This document shows, piece after piece, positions 1 to 10,036 of a stretch of DNA of 64,000 nt. The position numbers and the translations under genes are program-made. Under the pieces are notes generated by a model. That model made no database searches. It worked only from the letters and a program-made list of their open reading frames with translations, and was not told where the DNA came from. The stretch is from Pseudomonas aeruginosa PAO1 (GTDB taxonomy: Bacteria; Pseudomonadota; Gammaproteobacteria; Pseudomonadales; Pseudomonadaceae). Positions within the stretch are counted from its first letter, which is position 1. Every line of letters begins with the position of its first letter. The stretch lies in the NCBI RefSeq assembly GCF_000006765.1, contig NC_002516.2, one strand, 5' to 3'.

Positions 1-90
1 TCGCGGTGTTTTCCTGCGGCGCGCCGGTAGTCCGCCCGGCGGGCCTGGAGTAGACTCCGGGCTTCCGTGAAGTCCGCCGAACCGCCTCCG

Positions 91-1605
91 ATGCTCGAAC
101 AATACGTCAAGAAGATCCTCACCTCGCGCGTCTACGACGTCGCGGTGGAAACGCCCCTGCAACCCGCCCGCCAGTTGTCCGAACGCCTCGGCAACCAGGT
201 CCTGCTCAAGCGCGAGGACCTGCAGCCGGTGTTTTCCTTCAAGATCCGCGGCGCCTACAACAAGGTCGCGCAGCTCACCGAGGAGGAGAAGGCCCGCGGG
301 GTGATCGCCGCCTCGGCCGGCAACCACGCCCAGGGCCTGGCCCTGGCGGCCAAGCGGCAGGGGATCAGGGCGGTCATCGTGATGCCCAAGACCACCCCCG
401 AGATCAAGGTCCAGGCGGTGCGCGCCCACGGCGCCAAGGCGGTGCTGCACGGCGACGCCTTCCCCGAGGCGCTGGCCCACGCGCTGAAGCTGGTCGACGA
501 GAAGGGCTACACCTTCGTCCATCCCTACGACGATCCGGACACCATCGCCGGCCAGGGCACCGTGGCCATGGAGATTCTCCGCCAGCAGCCCGGCCGCCTC
601 GATGCGATCTTCGTCCCGGTGGGCGGTGGCGGACTGGTCGCCGGCATCGCCGCCTACGTCAAGTACCTGCGTCCGGAGATCAAGGTGATCGGCGTCGAGC
701 CGGACGAGTCGAACTGCCTGCAGGCGGCCATGGCCGCCGGCGAGCGGGTGGTGCTGGGCCAGGTCGGGCTGTTCGCCGACGGCGTGGCGGTGGCGCAGAT
801 CGGCCAGCACACCTTCGACATCTGCAAGGACCACGTCGACGAAGTGATCACCGTCAGCACTGACGAGATCTGTGCGGCGATCAAGGACATCTACGACGAC
901 ACCCGCTCGATCACCGAGCCGGCCGGCGCGCTGGCGGTGGCCGGGATCAAGAAGTACGTCGAGCGCGAGCGCGCCGAGGGGCAGACCCTGGTGGCGATCG
1001 ACTCCGGCGCCAACGTCAACTTCGATCGCCTGCGGCATGTCGCCGAACGCGCCGAACTGGGCGAGCGCCGCGAAGCGATCATCGCGGTGACCATTCCCGA
1101 GCGGCCGGGCAGCTTCAAGGCCTTCTGCGAGGCGGTCGGCAAGCGCCAGATCACCGAGTTCAACTATCGCTACCACAGCGGCAGCGAGGCGCACATCTTC
1201 GTCGGCGTGCAGACCCACCCGGAGAACGACCCGCGCGAGGCGCTGGTGGCCTATCTGCGCGAGAAGGGCTTCCCGGTCCTCGACCTGACCGACAACGAAC
1301 TGGCCAAGCTGCACATCCGCCACATGGTTGGCGGCCATGCGGTGAAAGTCAGCGACGAGATGGTGTTCCGCTTCGAATTCCCCGAGCGGCCCGGCGCGCT
1401 GTTCAACTTCCTCACCAAGCTCGGCGGGCGCTGGAACATCTCGATGTTCCACTACCGTAACCATGGTGCGGCCGACGGCCGGGTGGTGGCCGGGTTGCAG
1501 GTGCCGGAAGACGAGCGCCACCTGATCCCGCAGACCCTGGAGGCGATCGGCTATCCGTACTGGGACGAGACCGCCAACCCGGCCTACCAGCTGTTCCTCG
1601 GCTGA
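91..1605 (+). CDS. ilvA: Biosynthetic threonine dehydratase (PLP) with two C-terminal ACT-like regulatory domains
   Basis: PLP-lysine motif FSFKIRGAYN, ASAGNHAQG and VPVGGGGL motifs. The ORF track starts at GTG 67; ATG 91 (504 aa) fits the family N-terminus better. Confidence 0.96.
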   Translation: MLEQYVKKILTSRVYDVAVETPLQPARQLSERLGNQVLLKREDLQPVFSFKIRGAYNKVAQLTEEEKARGVIAASAGNHAQGLALAAKRQGIRAVIVMPKTTPEIKVQAVRAHGAKAVLHGDAFPEALAHALKLVDEKGYTFVHPYDDPDTIAGQGTVAMEILRQQPGRLDAIFVPVGGGGLVAGIAAYVKYLRPEIKVIGVEPDESNCLQAAMAAGERVVLGQVGLFADGVAVAQIGQHTFDICKDHVDEVITVSTDEICAAIKDIYDDTRSITEPAGALAVAGIKKYVERERAEGQTLVAIDSGANVNFDRLRHVAERAELGERREAIIAVTIPERPGSFKAFCEAVGKRQITEFNYRYHSGSEAHIFVGVQTHPENDPREALVAYLREKGFPVLDLTDNELAKLHIRHMVGGHAVKVSDEMVFRFEFPERPGALFNFLTKLGGRWNISMFHYRNHGAADGRVVAGLQVPEDERHLIPQTLEAIGYPYWDETANPAYQLFLG

Positions 1606-1724
1606 CCCGCGGCGGCTCGCCGACACGGGCTGCTAAGCTTCACGGGCAGGTGATCTCCTTCCTCGGGAACTGAGCCCGCCCCCGGCCCCTCAAACGGGCC
1701 GGGAACACGGACAAGGATGCGCTG

Positions 1725-2192
1725 ATGGAACATTTTCTCCAGATCAAGATTCTCCACGGAGTCGCCACCGTGCTGCTGTTCGGCGGCCTGCTCGGCCTGG
1801 CGTTCTACGCCTGGCGCAGCTGGCGGACGGGCGACGCGGCGCGGGTCGCGCGCGGTTTCAAGCGGGTCCGCCTGATCGGCTGGCCGCTGCTGGGGCTCAG
1901 CCTGCTGGCCCTGCCGGTCAGCGGCTGGTGGCTGGTGCACCTGGCCGGCTGGCCGTTGGGCCAGAGCTGGCTGCTGTTCGGCGCCTGCCTCTATCTGCTC
2001 GGCTGCATCTTCTGGCTGGTCCTCGCCGGCCGCCTGGCGCGGGTCCAGCACCAGGCCGGCGCCGCCGAGACGGCGGGGGCCGCGCTGGGCGAGCAGACCC
2101 TGCGCGAGATCAAGGTGGGCCTGGTCATGGCCCTGCTCGGTGCGGCCAGCTTCATCGCGGTGGCGGTACTGATGGTCAGCAAGCCGCTCTGA
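1725..2192 (+). CDS. DUF2269-family integral membrane protein, copy 1 (155 aa)
   Basis: About four hydrophobic segments, KILH in TM1, PVSG..VHLAGW and C-terminal LMVSKP; AAGGA RBS upstream; clear paralogue of 3511-3978. Confidence 0.75.
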   Translation: MEHFLQIKILHGVATVLLFGGLLGLAFYAWRSWRTGDAARVARGFKRVRLIGWPLLGLSLLALPVSGWWLVHLAGWPLGQSWLLFGACLYLLGCIFWLVLAGRLARVQHQAGAAETAGAALGEQTLREIKVGLVMALLGAASFIAVAVLMVSKPL

Positions 2193-2242
2193 AACGCCAA
2201 CGAAATGGACTTCACCGGCCTTCGCCGGTTCTGTAGGAACGC

Positions 2243-3514
2243 ATGCGTATTCTGCTGGTAGGCGCGGGAGGTTTCGTCGGGCGGCACCTGCTCCCGGCGC
2301 TGCTCGCCGCCGGACACGAACTGCTCCTCACCGCGCGCCGCCCGCCGGTCGATGCGCCTGCCGGCGTACGCTGGCTGGCGCTCGACCTGGAGCGGCTTGC
2401 GGAAAGGCCGGACAGCTTCGCCTGGCCCGCCGGGGTCGACTTGCTGATCAATGCCGCCGGCACCATGAGCCTCGACGAGGCGAGCATGGCTCGCGTCCAG
2501 GACAGCGGCGCGCGAACACTCTTCGACCTCGCTGCAGCCCATGGGGCGAAGGTCCTGCAGATTTCCGCGCTGGGCGCCGGTGCGCACCCGGACGTGGCCT
2601 TCCTCGCCAGCAAGGCGGCGGCCGACCGCCACCTGCTGGAACTGGGCATCCCGGCGCTGGTGCTGCGCCCGTCCCTGCTGCTGGGGCCGGGCGGCGCCAG
2701 CAGCGCCTGGCTGGAACGCCTGTCGCCGCTACCGCTGATTCCCTTGCTGGACAATCGCGCGCGCCTGCAACCGCTGCATGTCGAGGACCTGGTCGGCGCG
2801 GTGCTGGCCTTGCTGCGCTGCTGGCCGGAGCGGGCGCAGGTGATTCCGCTGGTGGGTCCGCAGGCGCTGACCCAGGGCGAGCTGCTGGACGAGCTGCGCC
2901 GCGCCCAGGGTTGGCCGCGCGGCCGCTATGTGGTGCCGCCCGCGGCGCTTCTCGATGCGTTGGGCGGGCTTGGCCGGCGTGCTGGCTGGCGGACACTGAG
3001 TCCATCGATGCTGAAGCTGGTGCGCCACGACAACCTGGCCGACCCGGCACTCCTCGATGAGGCCTGCGGCTATCGTTGCGCGCCGCTGGCCAGTCGGCTG
3101 CTCGGCTGGCCGCAGGCGGCACGCAGCCTGGCGGCTCTGATGCGGCCGCTGATGCTGGCGGCCCTGGTGCTGATCTGGCTGGGTACCCTGGTCGCCTGCC
3201 TGGGGCCGGGTTACGGCTGGGGCCTGCGGATCCTCGGCGAGGCCGGCATCCACGGCTGGCCGGCGAGCCTGGCGGTGATCGCCGGGGCCCTGCTCGACGG
3301 CGCGCTCGGCGTCGGCCTGCTGCTCCGCCGCTGGCGTCGGCGCGCGCTGCTGGCGCAGTTCTGGCTGATGCTTGGCTACAGCCTGGCGATCAGCCTGATC
3401 CTGCCGCACTACTGGTACGACCCCTACATGGCGGTCGGCAAGAACATCGTGCTGATGGTGGCCACGCTCTGGCTGCTGGGCGACGAACCTCGAACCAGGG
3501 AGGCCCGTGGATGA
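2243..3514 (+). CDS. NAD(P)-dependent SDR/epimerase-like oxidoreductase fused to a C-terminal DoxX-like membrane domain
   Basis: N-terminal Rossmann motif GAGGFVG, NAAG and the SKAAAD region; the last about 125 aa form roughly four TM helices. Confidence 0.8.
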   Translation: MRILLVGAGGFVGRHLLPALLAAGHELLLTARRPPVDAPAGVRWLALDLERLAERPDSFAWPAGVDLLINAAGTMSLDEASMARVQDSGARTLFDLAAAHGAKVLQISALGAGAHPDVAFLASKAAADRHLLELGIPALVLRPSLLLGPGGASSAWLERLSPLPLIPLLDNRARLQPLHVEDLVGAVLALLRCWPERAQVIPLVGPQALTQGELLDELRRAQGWPRGRYVVPPAALLDALGGLGRRAGWRTLSPSMLKLVRHDNLADPALLDEACGYRCAPLASRLLGWPQAARSLAALMRPLMLAALVLIWLGTLVACLGPGYGWGLRILGEAGIHGWPASLAVIAGALLDGALGVGLLLRRWRRRALLAQFWLMLGYSLAISLILPHYWYDPYMAVGKNIVLMVATLWLLGDEPRTREARG

Positions 3515-3978
3515 ACCTTTACCTGCTGCTGAAGACCCTGCATATCCTTTCCTCGACCATTCTCTTCGGCACCGGCCTGGGGTCGGCCTACTACGCCCTG
3601 CGTGCCTGGCGCAGCGGGCAGTTGCCGGTGATCGCAGTGACCTTCCGCCACCTGGTCACCGCCGACTGGCTGTTCATCGCCACCACCGCGGTGTTCCAGC
3701 CGCTCAGCGGCCTGGCCATGGTGCATGTCGCCGGCTGGTCGCTGGCCCAGGGCTGGTTGCTGTGGAGCCTGGGCCTCTACGTGTTCGCCGGGCTCTGCTG
3801 GCTACCGGTGGTGTGGTTGCAGATCCGCGTACGCGACATGGCCGAGGCGGCCTTGCGCGAGGCGCGGCCCATCGAACCGCTGGCGTACCGCTACATGAAC
3901 GCCTGGTTCATCCTCGGCTGGCCGGCCTTCATCGCCTTCATGGTCATCTTCTACCTGATGGTCAACAAGCCGGTCTGA
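3511..3978 (+). CDS. DUF2269-family integral membrane protein, copy 2 (155 aa)
   Basis: ATG 3511 overlaps the upstream TGA (ATGA) with a GGAGG RBS; begins MNLYLLLKTLHILSSTILFGTG and ends YLMVNKPV. Appears only as the tail of ORF 3076..3978 in the track. Confidence 0.85.
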   Translation: MNLYLLLKTLHILSSTILFGTGLGSAYYALRAWRSGQLPVIAVTFRHLVTADWLFIATTAVFQPLSGLAMVHVAGWSLAQGWLLWSLGLYVFAGLCWLPVVWLQIRVRDMAEAALREARPIEPLAYRYMNAWFILGWPAFIAFMVIFYLMVNKPV

Positions 3979-5189
3979 GGGTCCGCTCGGCGCAACCAGA
4001 GCAACGCCAGGACCAGGAACGCCAGGGAGCCGCCCCAGTACAACCAGGCGAAGCCGCCGGGCCGCTCCAGCAGGAGGAAGGCCAGGGCCGGGCCCAGCGC
4101 GGCACCGAGGTCCTGGACGATGGAGTAGCGGGTCATGAAGCCGACCACGTCGCCGGCGCGGGCGACGTCGGCGGCGAGGGCGTCGGTCAGGGTGGTGAGG
4201 GCGGTGGCGACCAGCATCACCAGCAGGGCGATGGCCAGCCAGGCGAGAATGGGCAGCCTGCTGGAAAGCAGGCCGAAGCCCATTGCGCCGACCAGTAGCG
4301 CAGCCACGTAGAAGCGCCGACGCCCGCGCGGGCCATCCGACCAGGCGCCGAAGCGCCCGGCCAGCCAGGGCTCCCAGGACCAGCGCAGGGCCTGGATGAT
4401 CCCGGAGAGGCCGGCGGCGCTGAGCGCCAGGCCGAGCAGGCTGACCTCGGTGCCGAAGCTGCGGGCGATCAGCGCGCTCAGGGTGGCGGCGAGCACGCCC
4501 TGGATCAGGAGCGCGGTGGCGAAGCCGCTGAGGATCACCAGGCCGCGCGGCGGCGGGCGCCTGGCGACGCTGGTGGATGCCGTTGCGGCGGAGGTCCGCG
4601 CATGTCCGGCGGGATTCTCCGGCAGGTCGAAACCCTTCGCCAGCAGCGGCAGGCCGAGCAGTGCCAGGAGCGCGAAGGACAGCGCCAGCGCCGGCAGGCC
4701 GAGGACCGGCACCAGCAGCCCGCCGAGCAGCATGCCGACCAGGCTGCCCAGGCGGTAGAGGCCGTTGTACAGGCCCATGGCGTGGCCGCGCTGGTGGTCG
4801 GCGGCGCAGTAGACCACCGCCGAGAGCCCGCCGATGCGGAAGAACGACCAGCCGATCCCCCACAGTCCGCGCAGCAGCACCCAGGCCAGGAAACCGCTGG
4901 CCAGGCCGTAGCCGGCGGTGCTCAGCACGCCGATGACGACCGCCAGGAGCAGGCCGGTCTTCAGTGCCAGGTGCTTGTACAGGCGGCCGATCAGCGGATT
5001 GAAGGGCAGGCGGATCAGGCGGTTGATCGACAGCAGCACGCCGACCTGCCAGAGCGCCTCCAGGCCGACCTCGTGCCAGTAGATCGGCAGGGCGATATAA
5101 AGCATCGAATCGCCGGCCAGGCATAGCGCGGTGACCAGGGCGACGATCACGACCGGCCGCAGCGAGCCGGGAGCGGGGGTGTGGGGCAT
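3951..5189 (-). CDS. MFS transporter
   Basis: 412 aa with about 12 TM segments and an MFS motif-A-like loop (IGRLYKHLALK); its 3' end overlaps the convergent DUF2269 gene by 28 nt. Confidence 0.85.
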   Translation of the reverse strand: MPHTPAPGSLRPVVIVALVTALCLAGDSMLYIALPIYWHEVGLEALWQVGVLLSINRLIRLPFNPLIGRLYKHLALKTGLLLAVVIGVLSTAGYGLASGFLAWVLLRGLWGIGWSFFRIGGLSAVVYCAADHQRGHAMGLYNGLYRLGSLVGMLLGGLLVPVLGLPALALSFALLALLGLPLLAKGFDLPENPAGHARTSAATASTSVARRPPPRGLVILSGFATALLIQGVLAATLSALIARSFGTEVSLLGLALSAAGLSGIIQALRWSWEPWLAGRFGAWSDGPRGRRRFYVAALLVGAMGFGLLSSRLPILAWLAIALLVMLVATALTTLTDALAADVARAGDVVGFMTRYSIVQDLGAALGPALAFLLLERPGGFAWLYWGGSLAFLVLALLWLRRADPQTGLLTIR

Positions 5190-5238
5190 CCTGGGTCCGC
5201 CGTGGCGCCGCCCGTCGGACGGCGCGCTTGTCAGTGGG

Positions 5239-5892
5239 TCAACGCAGGGAAATGATCGGCCAGCCGCGTTTTTCCGCCTCGGCGCGTAGGCGCGGATCGG
5301 GGTCGACGGCCACCGGCCGGCTGACCTTTTCCAGCAGCGGCAGGTCGTTCAGCGAGTCGCTGTAGAAGCTGGCGCCTTCCAGGTCCAGGCCGTTCTCGTC
5401 GAGCCAGCGTTGCAGGCGCACCACCTTGCCGCCCTGGAAGCAGGGCACGTCGAAGGTCTGCCCGGTGTAGCGGCCGTCGCGCATCTCGCACTCGGTGGCG
5501 ATCAGGGTCTCCACCCCGAGCCGTTCGGCGATCGGGCCGGTGACGAAGCGGTTGGTGGCGGTGATGATCACCAGCCGGTCGCCGGCGGCGCGGTGCTCGG
5601 CGAGCAGCGCCTCGCCCTTGGCCAGCACGATCGGCTCGATCACTTCCTGCATGAACTGGCGGTGCCAGGTTTCCAGCTGGGCCATCTCGGTGCGACCGAG
5701 GATCGCCTGGGTGAAGGCCTGGTAGGCAAGGACGTCGAGCTTGCCGGCGACGTAGTCGGCATAGAAGGCGTCGTTGCGCGCCTGGTATTCGGCGGCGTCG
5801 ACCAGGCCGCGCTGGCACAGCCATTCGCCCCAGCTATGGTCGCTGTCGCCGGCGAGCAGGGTGTTATCGAGATCGAAAAGGGCCAGACGCAC
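5239..5892 (-). CDS. hisN: HAD-IB hydrolase; histidinol-phosphate phosphatase in P. aeruginosa
   Basis: HAD motif I FDLDNTL, ITAT motif II, YSDSLND motif IV. The functional name rests on recalled synteny with PA0335. Confidence 0.8.
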
Positions 5893-6095
5893 GGGGTGAC
5901 TCCATCGGTTGGCGGGTGGCGGAAGGGCCGCGAGAGCCTTTTGCGAAGGCTCCCACCGGGCCTTGGGAAAGCCCCTAGCCTACCGGCTTTTGCCGGCCCT
6001 GTATCCTCCCCGCACGAGTCGCAAAGCCGCGCGTTGCCGCTATCACAAGCTTTATGGAACAATGCGGGCACATGCGATTTCGAGGATGTCCCAGC

Positions 6096-6575
6096 GTGAT
6101 CGATTCCGATGGTTTTCGCCCGAATGTCGGCATCATTCTCGCCAACGAGGCGGGGCAGGTGCTGTGGGCGCGGCGTATCAATCAGGAAGCCTGGCAGTTC
6201 CCGCAGGGAGGCATCAATGATCGCGAAACGCCGGAAGAGGCGCTGTATCGCGAGTTGAACGAAGAAGTCGGGCTGGAGGCCGGGGACGTGCGCATCCTGG
6301 CCTGCACCCGCGGCTGGCTGCGCTACCGTTTGCCGCAGCGCCTGGTGCGGACCCACAGCCAGCCGCTGTGCATCGGCCAGAAGCAGAAATGGTTCCTGCT
6401 GCGGCTGATGTCCGACGAGGCGCGCGTGCGCATGGATATCACCAGCAAGCCCGAGTTCGACGGCTGGCGCTGGGTGAGTTACTGGTACCCCCTGGGACAG
6501 GTGGTGACCTTCAAGCGCGAGGTCTACCGCCGCGCCCTGAAGGAACTGGCCCCGCGCCTTCTGGCGCGGGACTGA
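6096..6575 (+). CDS. rppH: RNA pyrophosphohydrolase (Nudix)
   Basis: GTG start after GAGG gives [14 protein letters not shown]; Nudix box [23 protein letters not shown]; GQKQKWF; adjacent to ptsP. Confidence 0.96.
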   Translation: MIDSDGFRPNVGIILANEAGQVLWARRINQEAWQFPQGGINDRETPEEALYRELNEEVGLEAGDVRILACTRGWLRYRLPQRLVRTHSQPLCIGQKQKWFLLRLMSDEARVRMDITSKPEFDGWRWVSYWYPLGQVVTFKREVYRRALKELAPRLLARD

Positions 6576-6597
6576 ACACGGAGACAAGGCCCCGAGC

Positions 6598-8877
6598 ATG
6601 CTCAACACGCTGCGCAAGATCGTCCAGGAAGTGAACTCCGCCAAGGATCTGAAGGCGGCGCTGGGCATCATCGTGCAGCGGGTCAAGGAAGCCATGGGTA
6701 CCCAGGTCTGCTCGGTGTACCTGCTCGACACCGAGACCCAGCGTTTCGTCCTGATGGCCACCGAAGGCCTCAACAAGCGTTCCATCGGCAAGGTCAGCAT
6801 GGCTCCCAGCGAAGGCCTGGTCGGCCTGGTCGGCACCCGCGAGGAGCCGCTCAACCTGGAGAACGCCGCCGCCCACCCGCGCTACCGCTATTTCGCCGAG
6901 ACCGGCGAGGAGCGCTACGCGTCGTTCCTCGGCGCGCCGATCATCCACCATCGGCGGGTGATGGGGGTGCTGGTGGTGCAGCAGAAGGAGCGCCGCCAGT
7001 TCGACGAAGGCGAGGAAGCCTTCCTCGTCACCATGAGCGCCCAGCTCGCCGGGGTCATCGCGCATGCCGAGGCGACCGGTTCGATCCGCGGCCTGGGCAA
7101 GCTCGGCAAGGGCATCCAGGAAGCCAAGTTCGTCGGCGTGCCCGGCGCCCCCGGGGTCGGGGTGGGCAAGGCGGTGGTGGTGTTGCCGCCGGCCGACCTG
7201 GAAGTGGTGCCGGACAAGCAGGTCGACGACATCGACGCCGAGATCGCCCTGTTCAAGCAGGCCCTGGAGGGCGTTCGCGCCGACATGCGCGCGCTGTCGA
7301 GCAAGCTCGCCAGCCAGCTGCGCAAGGAAGAACGCGCGCTGTTCGACGTCTACCTGATGATGCTCGACGATGCCTCCATCGGCAACGAGGTCAAGCGCAT
7401 CATCCGTACCGGCCAGTGGGCCCAGGGCGCCCTGCGCCAGGTGGTGATGGAGCACGTGCAGCGCTTCGAGCTGATGGACGACGCCTATCTCCGCGAGCGC
7501 GCCTCCGACGTCAAGGACATAGGTCGCCGCCTGCTCGCCTACCTCCAGGAAGAGCGCAAGCAGAACCTGACCTACCCGGAACAGACCATCATCGTCAGCG
7601 AGGAGCTGTCGCCGGCGATGCTCGGCGAGGTGCCGGAAGGGCGCCTGGTCGGCCTGGTCTCGGTGCTCGGCTCGGGCAACTCGCACGTGGCGATCCTCGC
7701 CCGTGCCATGGGCATCCCCACGGTGATGGGGGCGGTCGACCTGCCGTACTCCAAGGTCGACGGCATCGACCTGATCGTCGATGGCTACCACGGCGAGGTC
7801 TACACCAACCCCTCCGCCGAGCTGGTGCGCCAGTACAGCGACGTGGTCGCCGAGGAGCGCGAGCTGAGCAAGGGCCTGGCGGCCCTGCGCGAGCTGCCCT
7901 GCGAGACCCTCGACGGCCACCGCATGCCGCTCTGGGTCAACACCGGCCTGCTCGCCGATGTCGCCCGCGCCCAGGAGCGTGGCGCCGAGGGCGTGGGCCT
8001 GTACCGCACCGAAGTGCCGTTCATGATCAACGACCGCTTCCCCAGCGAGAAGGAACAGTTGGCGATCTACCGCGAGCAGCTCAGTGCCTTCCACCCGCTG
8101 CCGGTGACCATGCGCACCCTGGATATCGGCGGCGACAAGGCGCTGTCCTACTTCCCGATCAAGGAAGACAACCCGTTCCTCGGCTGGCGCGGCATCCGCG
8201 TCACCCTCGACCACCCGGAGATCTTCCTGGTCCAGACCCGCGCCATGCTCAAGGCCAGCGAAGGACTGGACAACCTGCGCATCCTGCTGCCGATGATCTC
8301 CGGCACCCACGAGCTGGAAGAGGCCCTGCACCTGATCCACCGCGCCTGGGGCGAGGTGCGCGACGAGGGCGTGGACATCGCCATGCCGCCCATCGGCATG
8401 ATGGTCGAGATTCCCGCCGCCGTGTACCAGACCCGCGAGCTGGCCCGCCAGGTCGACTTCCTTTCGGTCGGTTCGAACGACCTGACCCAGTACCTGCTGG
8501 CGGTCGACCGCAACAATCCGCGGGTCGCCGACCTCTACGACTACCTGCATCCGGCCGTTCTGCATGCGTTGAAGAAGGTGGTCGACGATGCCCACCTGGA
8601 AGGCAAGCCGGTGAGCATCTGCGGCGAGATGGCCGGCGATCCCGCGGCTGCCGTGCTGCTGATGGCGATGGGCTTCGACAGCCTGTCGATGAACGCCACC
8701 AACCTGCCCAAGGTGAAGTGGCTGCTGCGCCAGATCACCCTGGACAAGGCCCGGGACCTGCTCGGCCAGTTGCTCACCTTCGACAACCCGCAGGTCATCC
8801 ACAGCTCGCTGCACCTGGCGTTGCGCAACCTCGGCCTGGGTCGCGTGATCAACCCGGCGGCTACCGTCCAGCCCTGA
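6598..8877 (+). CDS. ptsP: PTS enzyme I-Ntr (GAF domain + PEP-protein phosphotransferase)
   Basis: 759 aa; N-terminal GAF domain, phospho-His motif SGNSHVAI, GLYRTE and ENPFLGWRGIR. Confidence 0.97.
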   Translation: MLNTLRKIVQEVNSAKDLKAALGIIVQRVKEAMGTQVCSVYLLDTETQRFVLMATEGLNKRSIGKVSMAPSEGLVGLVGTREEPLNLENAAAHPRYRYFAETGEERYASFLGAPIIHHRRVMGVLVVQQKERRQFDEGEEAFLVTMSAQLAGVIAHAEATGSIRGLGKLGKGIQEAKFVGVPGAPGVGVGKAVVVLPPADLEVVPDKQVDDIDAEIALFKQALEGVRADMRALSSKLASQLRKEERALFDVYLMMLDDASIGNEVKRIIRTGQWAQGALRQVVMEHVQRFELMDDAYLRERASDVKDIGRRLLAYLQEERKQNLTYPEQTIIVSEELSPAMLGEVPEGRLVGLVSVLGSGNSHVAILARAMGIPTVMGAVDLPYSKVDGIDLIVDGYHGEVYTNPSAELVRQYSDVVAEERELSKGLAALRELPCETLDGHRMPLWVNTGLLADVARAQERGAEGVGLYRTEVPFMINDRFPSEKEQLAIYREQLSAFHPLPVTMRTLDIGGDKALSYFPIKEDNPFLGWRGIRVTLDHPEIFLVQTRAMLKASEGLDNLRILLPMISGTHELEEALHLIHRAWGEVRDEGVDIAMPPIGMMVEIPAAVYQTRELARQVDFLSVGSNDLTQYLLAVDRNNPRVADLYDYLHPAVLHALKKVVDDAHLEGKPVSICGEMAGDPAAAVLLMAMGFDSLSMNATNLPKVKWLLRQITLDKARDLLGQLLTFDNPQVIHSSLHLALRNLGLGRVINPAATVQP

Positions 8878-8995
8878 TTTCCCGCGCGCCGGACGCTTCG
8901 TCGTGCGGCGCTTACGCTTTCCCCGCAAGCGTATAGACTGCCTGCCATTCGGTAGAGGCCACTGGCCAGTCGAACGTGCGAGGGATTGCCGCAAA

Positions 8996-10033
8996 ATGGA
9001 CGAACGGGCGTCGAAGCCGCCAGGTCTTCTTCCGCTGTCACGCGAAGACCTTGAGAAAACCCTGCGATATGCCCTGGAGATCGTCAGCGACGGGATCTGG
9101 GACTGGAACATCGCGACCAACCAGGTCAGCCGCAGCGCCGGCTGGTACCTGATGCTCGGCTATCCGCCGCATAGCCTGCCGGAGAGCGTGGAGACCTGGA
9201 AGAGCATCATCCATCCCGAGGACTATCCGCGGGTGATGGCCAGCTTCCAGGCCTACCTCGACGGCGAAAGCCCGGAATACTGCGAGGAATACCGCTGCCG
9301 CACCTACAGCGGGGATTACCTGTGGATCAGCGATCGCGGGCGTTTCGTCGAGTTCGACGAGCGCGGCGAGCCGCGGCGGATGATCGGTGCGCACCACGAG
9401 ATCCATCAGCGCAAGCTGGTCGAGCTGGAGTTGCAGCAGCGCAACGAGGAACTGTTCGACTGGAACCTGCGTCTCGAGGAACTGGTGGCCGAGCGCACCG
9501 AGGCGCTGCACCGGGTCAACCAGGCGCTGGCCTCGAAGATGGCCGAGGCCCAGCGCCTGAGCGAAATCGATCCGCTCACCGAGCTGTACAACCGACGCAA
9601 GTTCGAGCAGTGCCTGCACCATGAATGGATGCGCCGGCAGCGCCATGGACGCGCCACGGCACTGGTGATGATCGATGTCGATCACTTCAAGCGGATCAAC
9701 GACCTGTTCGGCCACTCCACCGGTGATCGCGTGCTGGTCGCCTTCGGCCGCCTGGTTGCCAGCGAGCTGCGCGAGGTCGACGTGCTGGCGCGCTGGGGTG
9801 GCGAGGAGTTCATCCTGCTGCTCCCGGAAACCGGCCTGGAGGCCGCGGCGGCCTTGGCCGAACGCCTGCGCCAGCGGGTTCGCTCGCAGTCCTTCGAGAT
9901 GGGCGAGCGGTTGACCGCCAGCTTTGGCGTCGGCGTGCTGAATGATGGCGAGACCCTCGACCTGCTGCTGTGCCGGGTGGACGACGCCCTCTATCGGGCC
10001 AAGCAGCGTCGCGATTGCGTGGCCTGTTGCTGA
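8996..10033 (+). CDS. PAS-coiled coil-GGDEF diguanylate cyclase
   Basis: PAS segment GIWDWN..IHPED, GGEEF active site preceded by an RxxD I-site (REVD). ATG 8996 has a GAGG RBS; the track extends to 8903. Confidence 0.9.
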   Translation: MDERASKPPGLLPLSREDLEKTLRYALEIVSDGIWDWNIATNQVSRSAGWYLMLGYPPHSLPESVETWKSIIHPEDYPRVMASFQAYLDGESPEYCEEYRCRTYSGDYLWISDRGRFVEFDERGEPRRMIGAHHEIHQRKLVELELQQRNEELFDWNLRLEELVAERTEALHRVNQALASKMAEAQRLSEIDPLTELYNRRKFEQCLHHEWMRRQRHGRATALVMIDVDHFKRINDLFGHSTGDRVLVAFGRLVASELREVDVLARWGGEEFILLLPETGLEAAAALAERLRQRVRSQSFEMGERLTASFGVGVLNDGETLDLLLCRVDDALYRAKQRRDCVACC

Positions 10034-10036
10034 AGG

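Noticed and set aside
1681-1703. GC hairpins after ilvA (1681-1703), after laoA (35205-35240) and in the laoR leader (39115-39153) as intrinsic terminators
   Set aside because: The stems are real, but the U-tracts are absent or only 3 nt long, so I do not call them terminators.
6511-9120. Very long antisense ORFs (869 aa opposite ptsP; likewise 32389..34263, 14350..16197, 52523..54673, 42532..44082 and others)
   Set aside because: Typical shadow frames of GC-rich, codon-biased genes. They show no family motifs and fully overlap well-supported CDSs.
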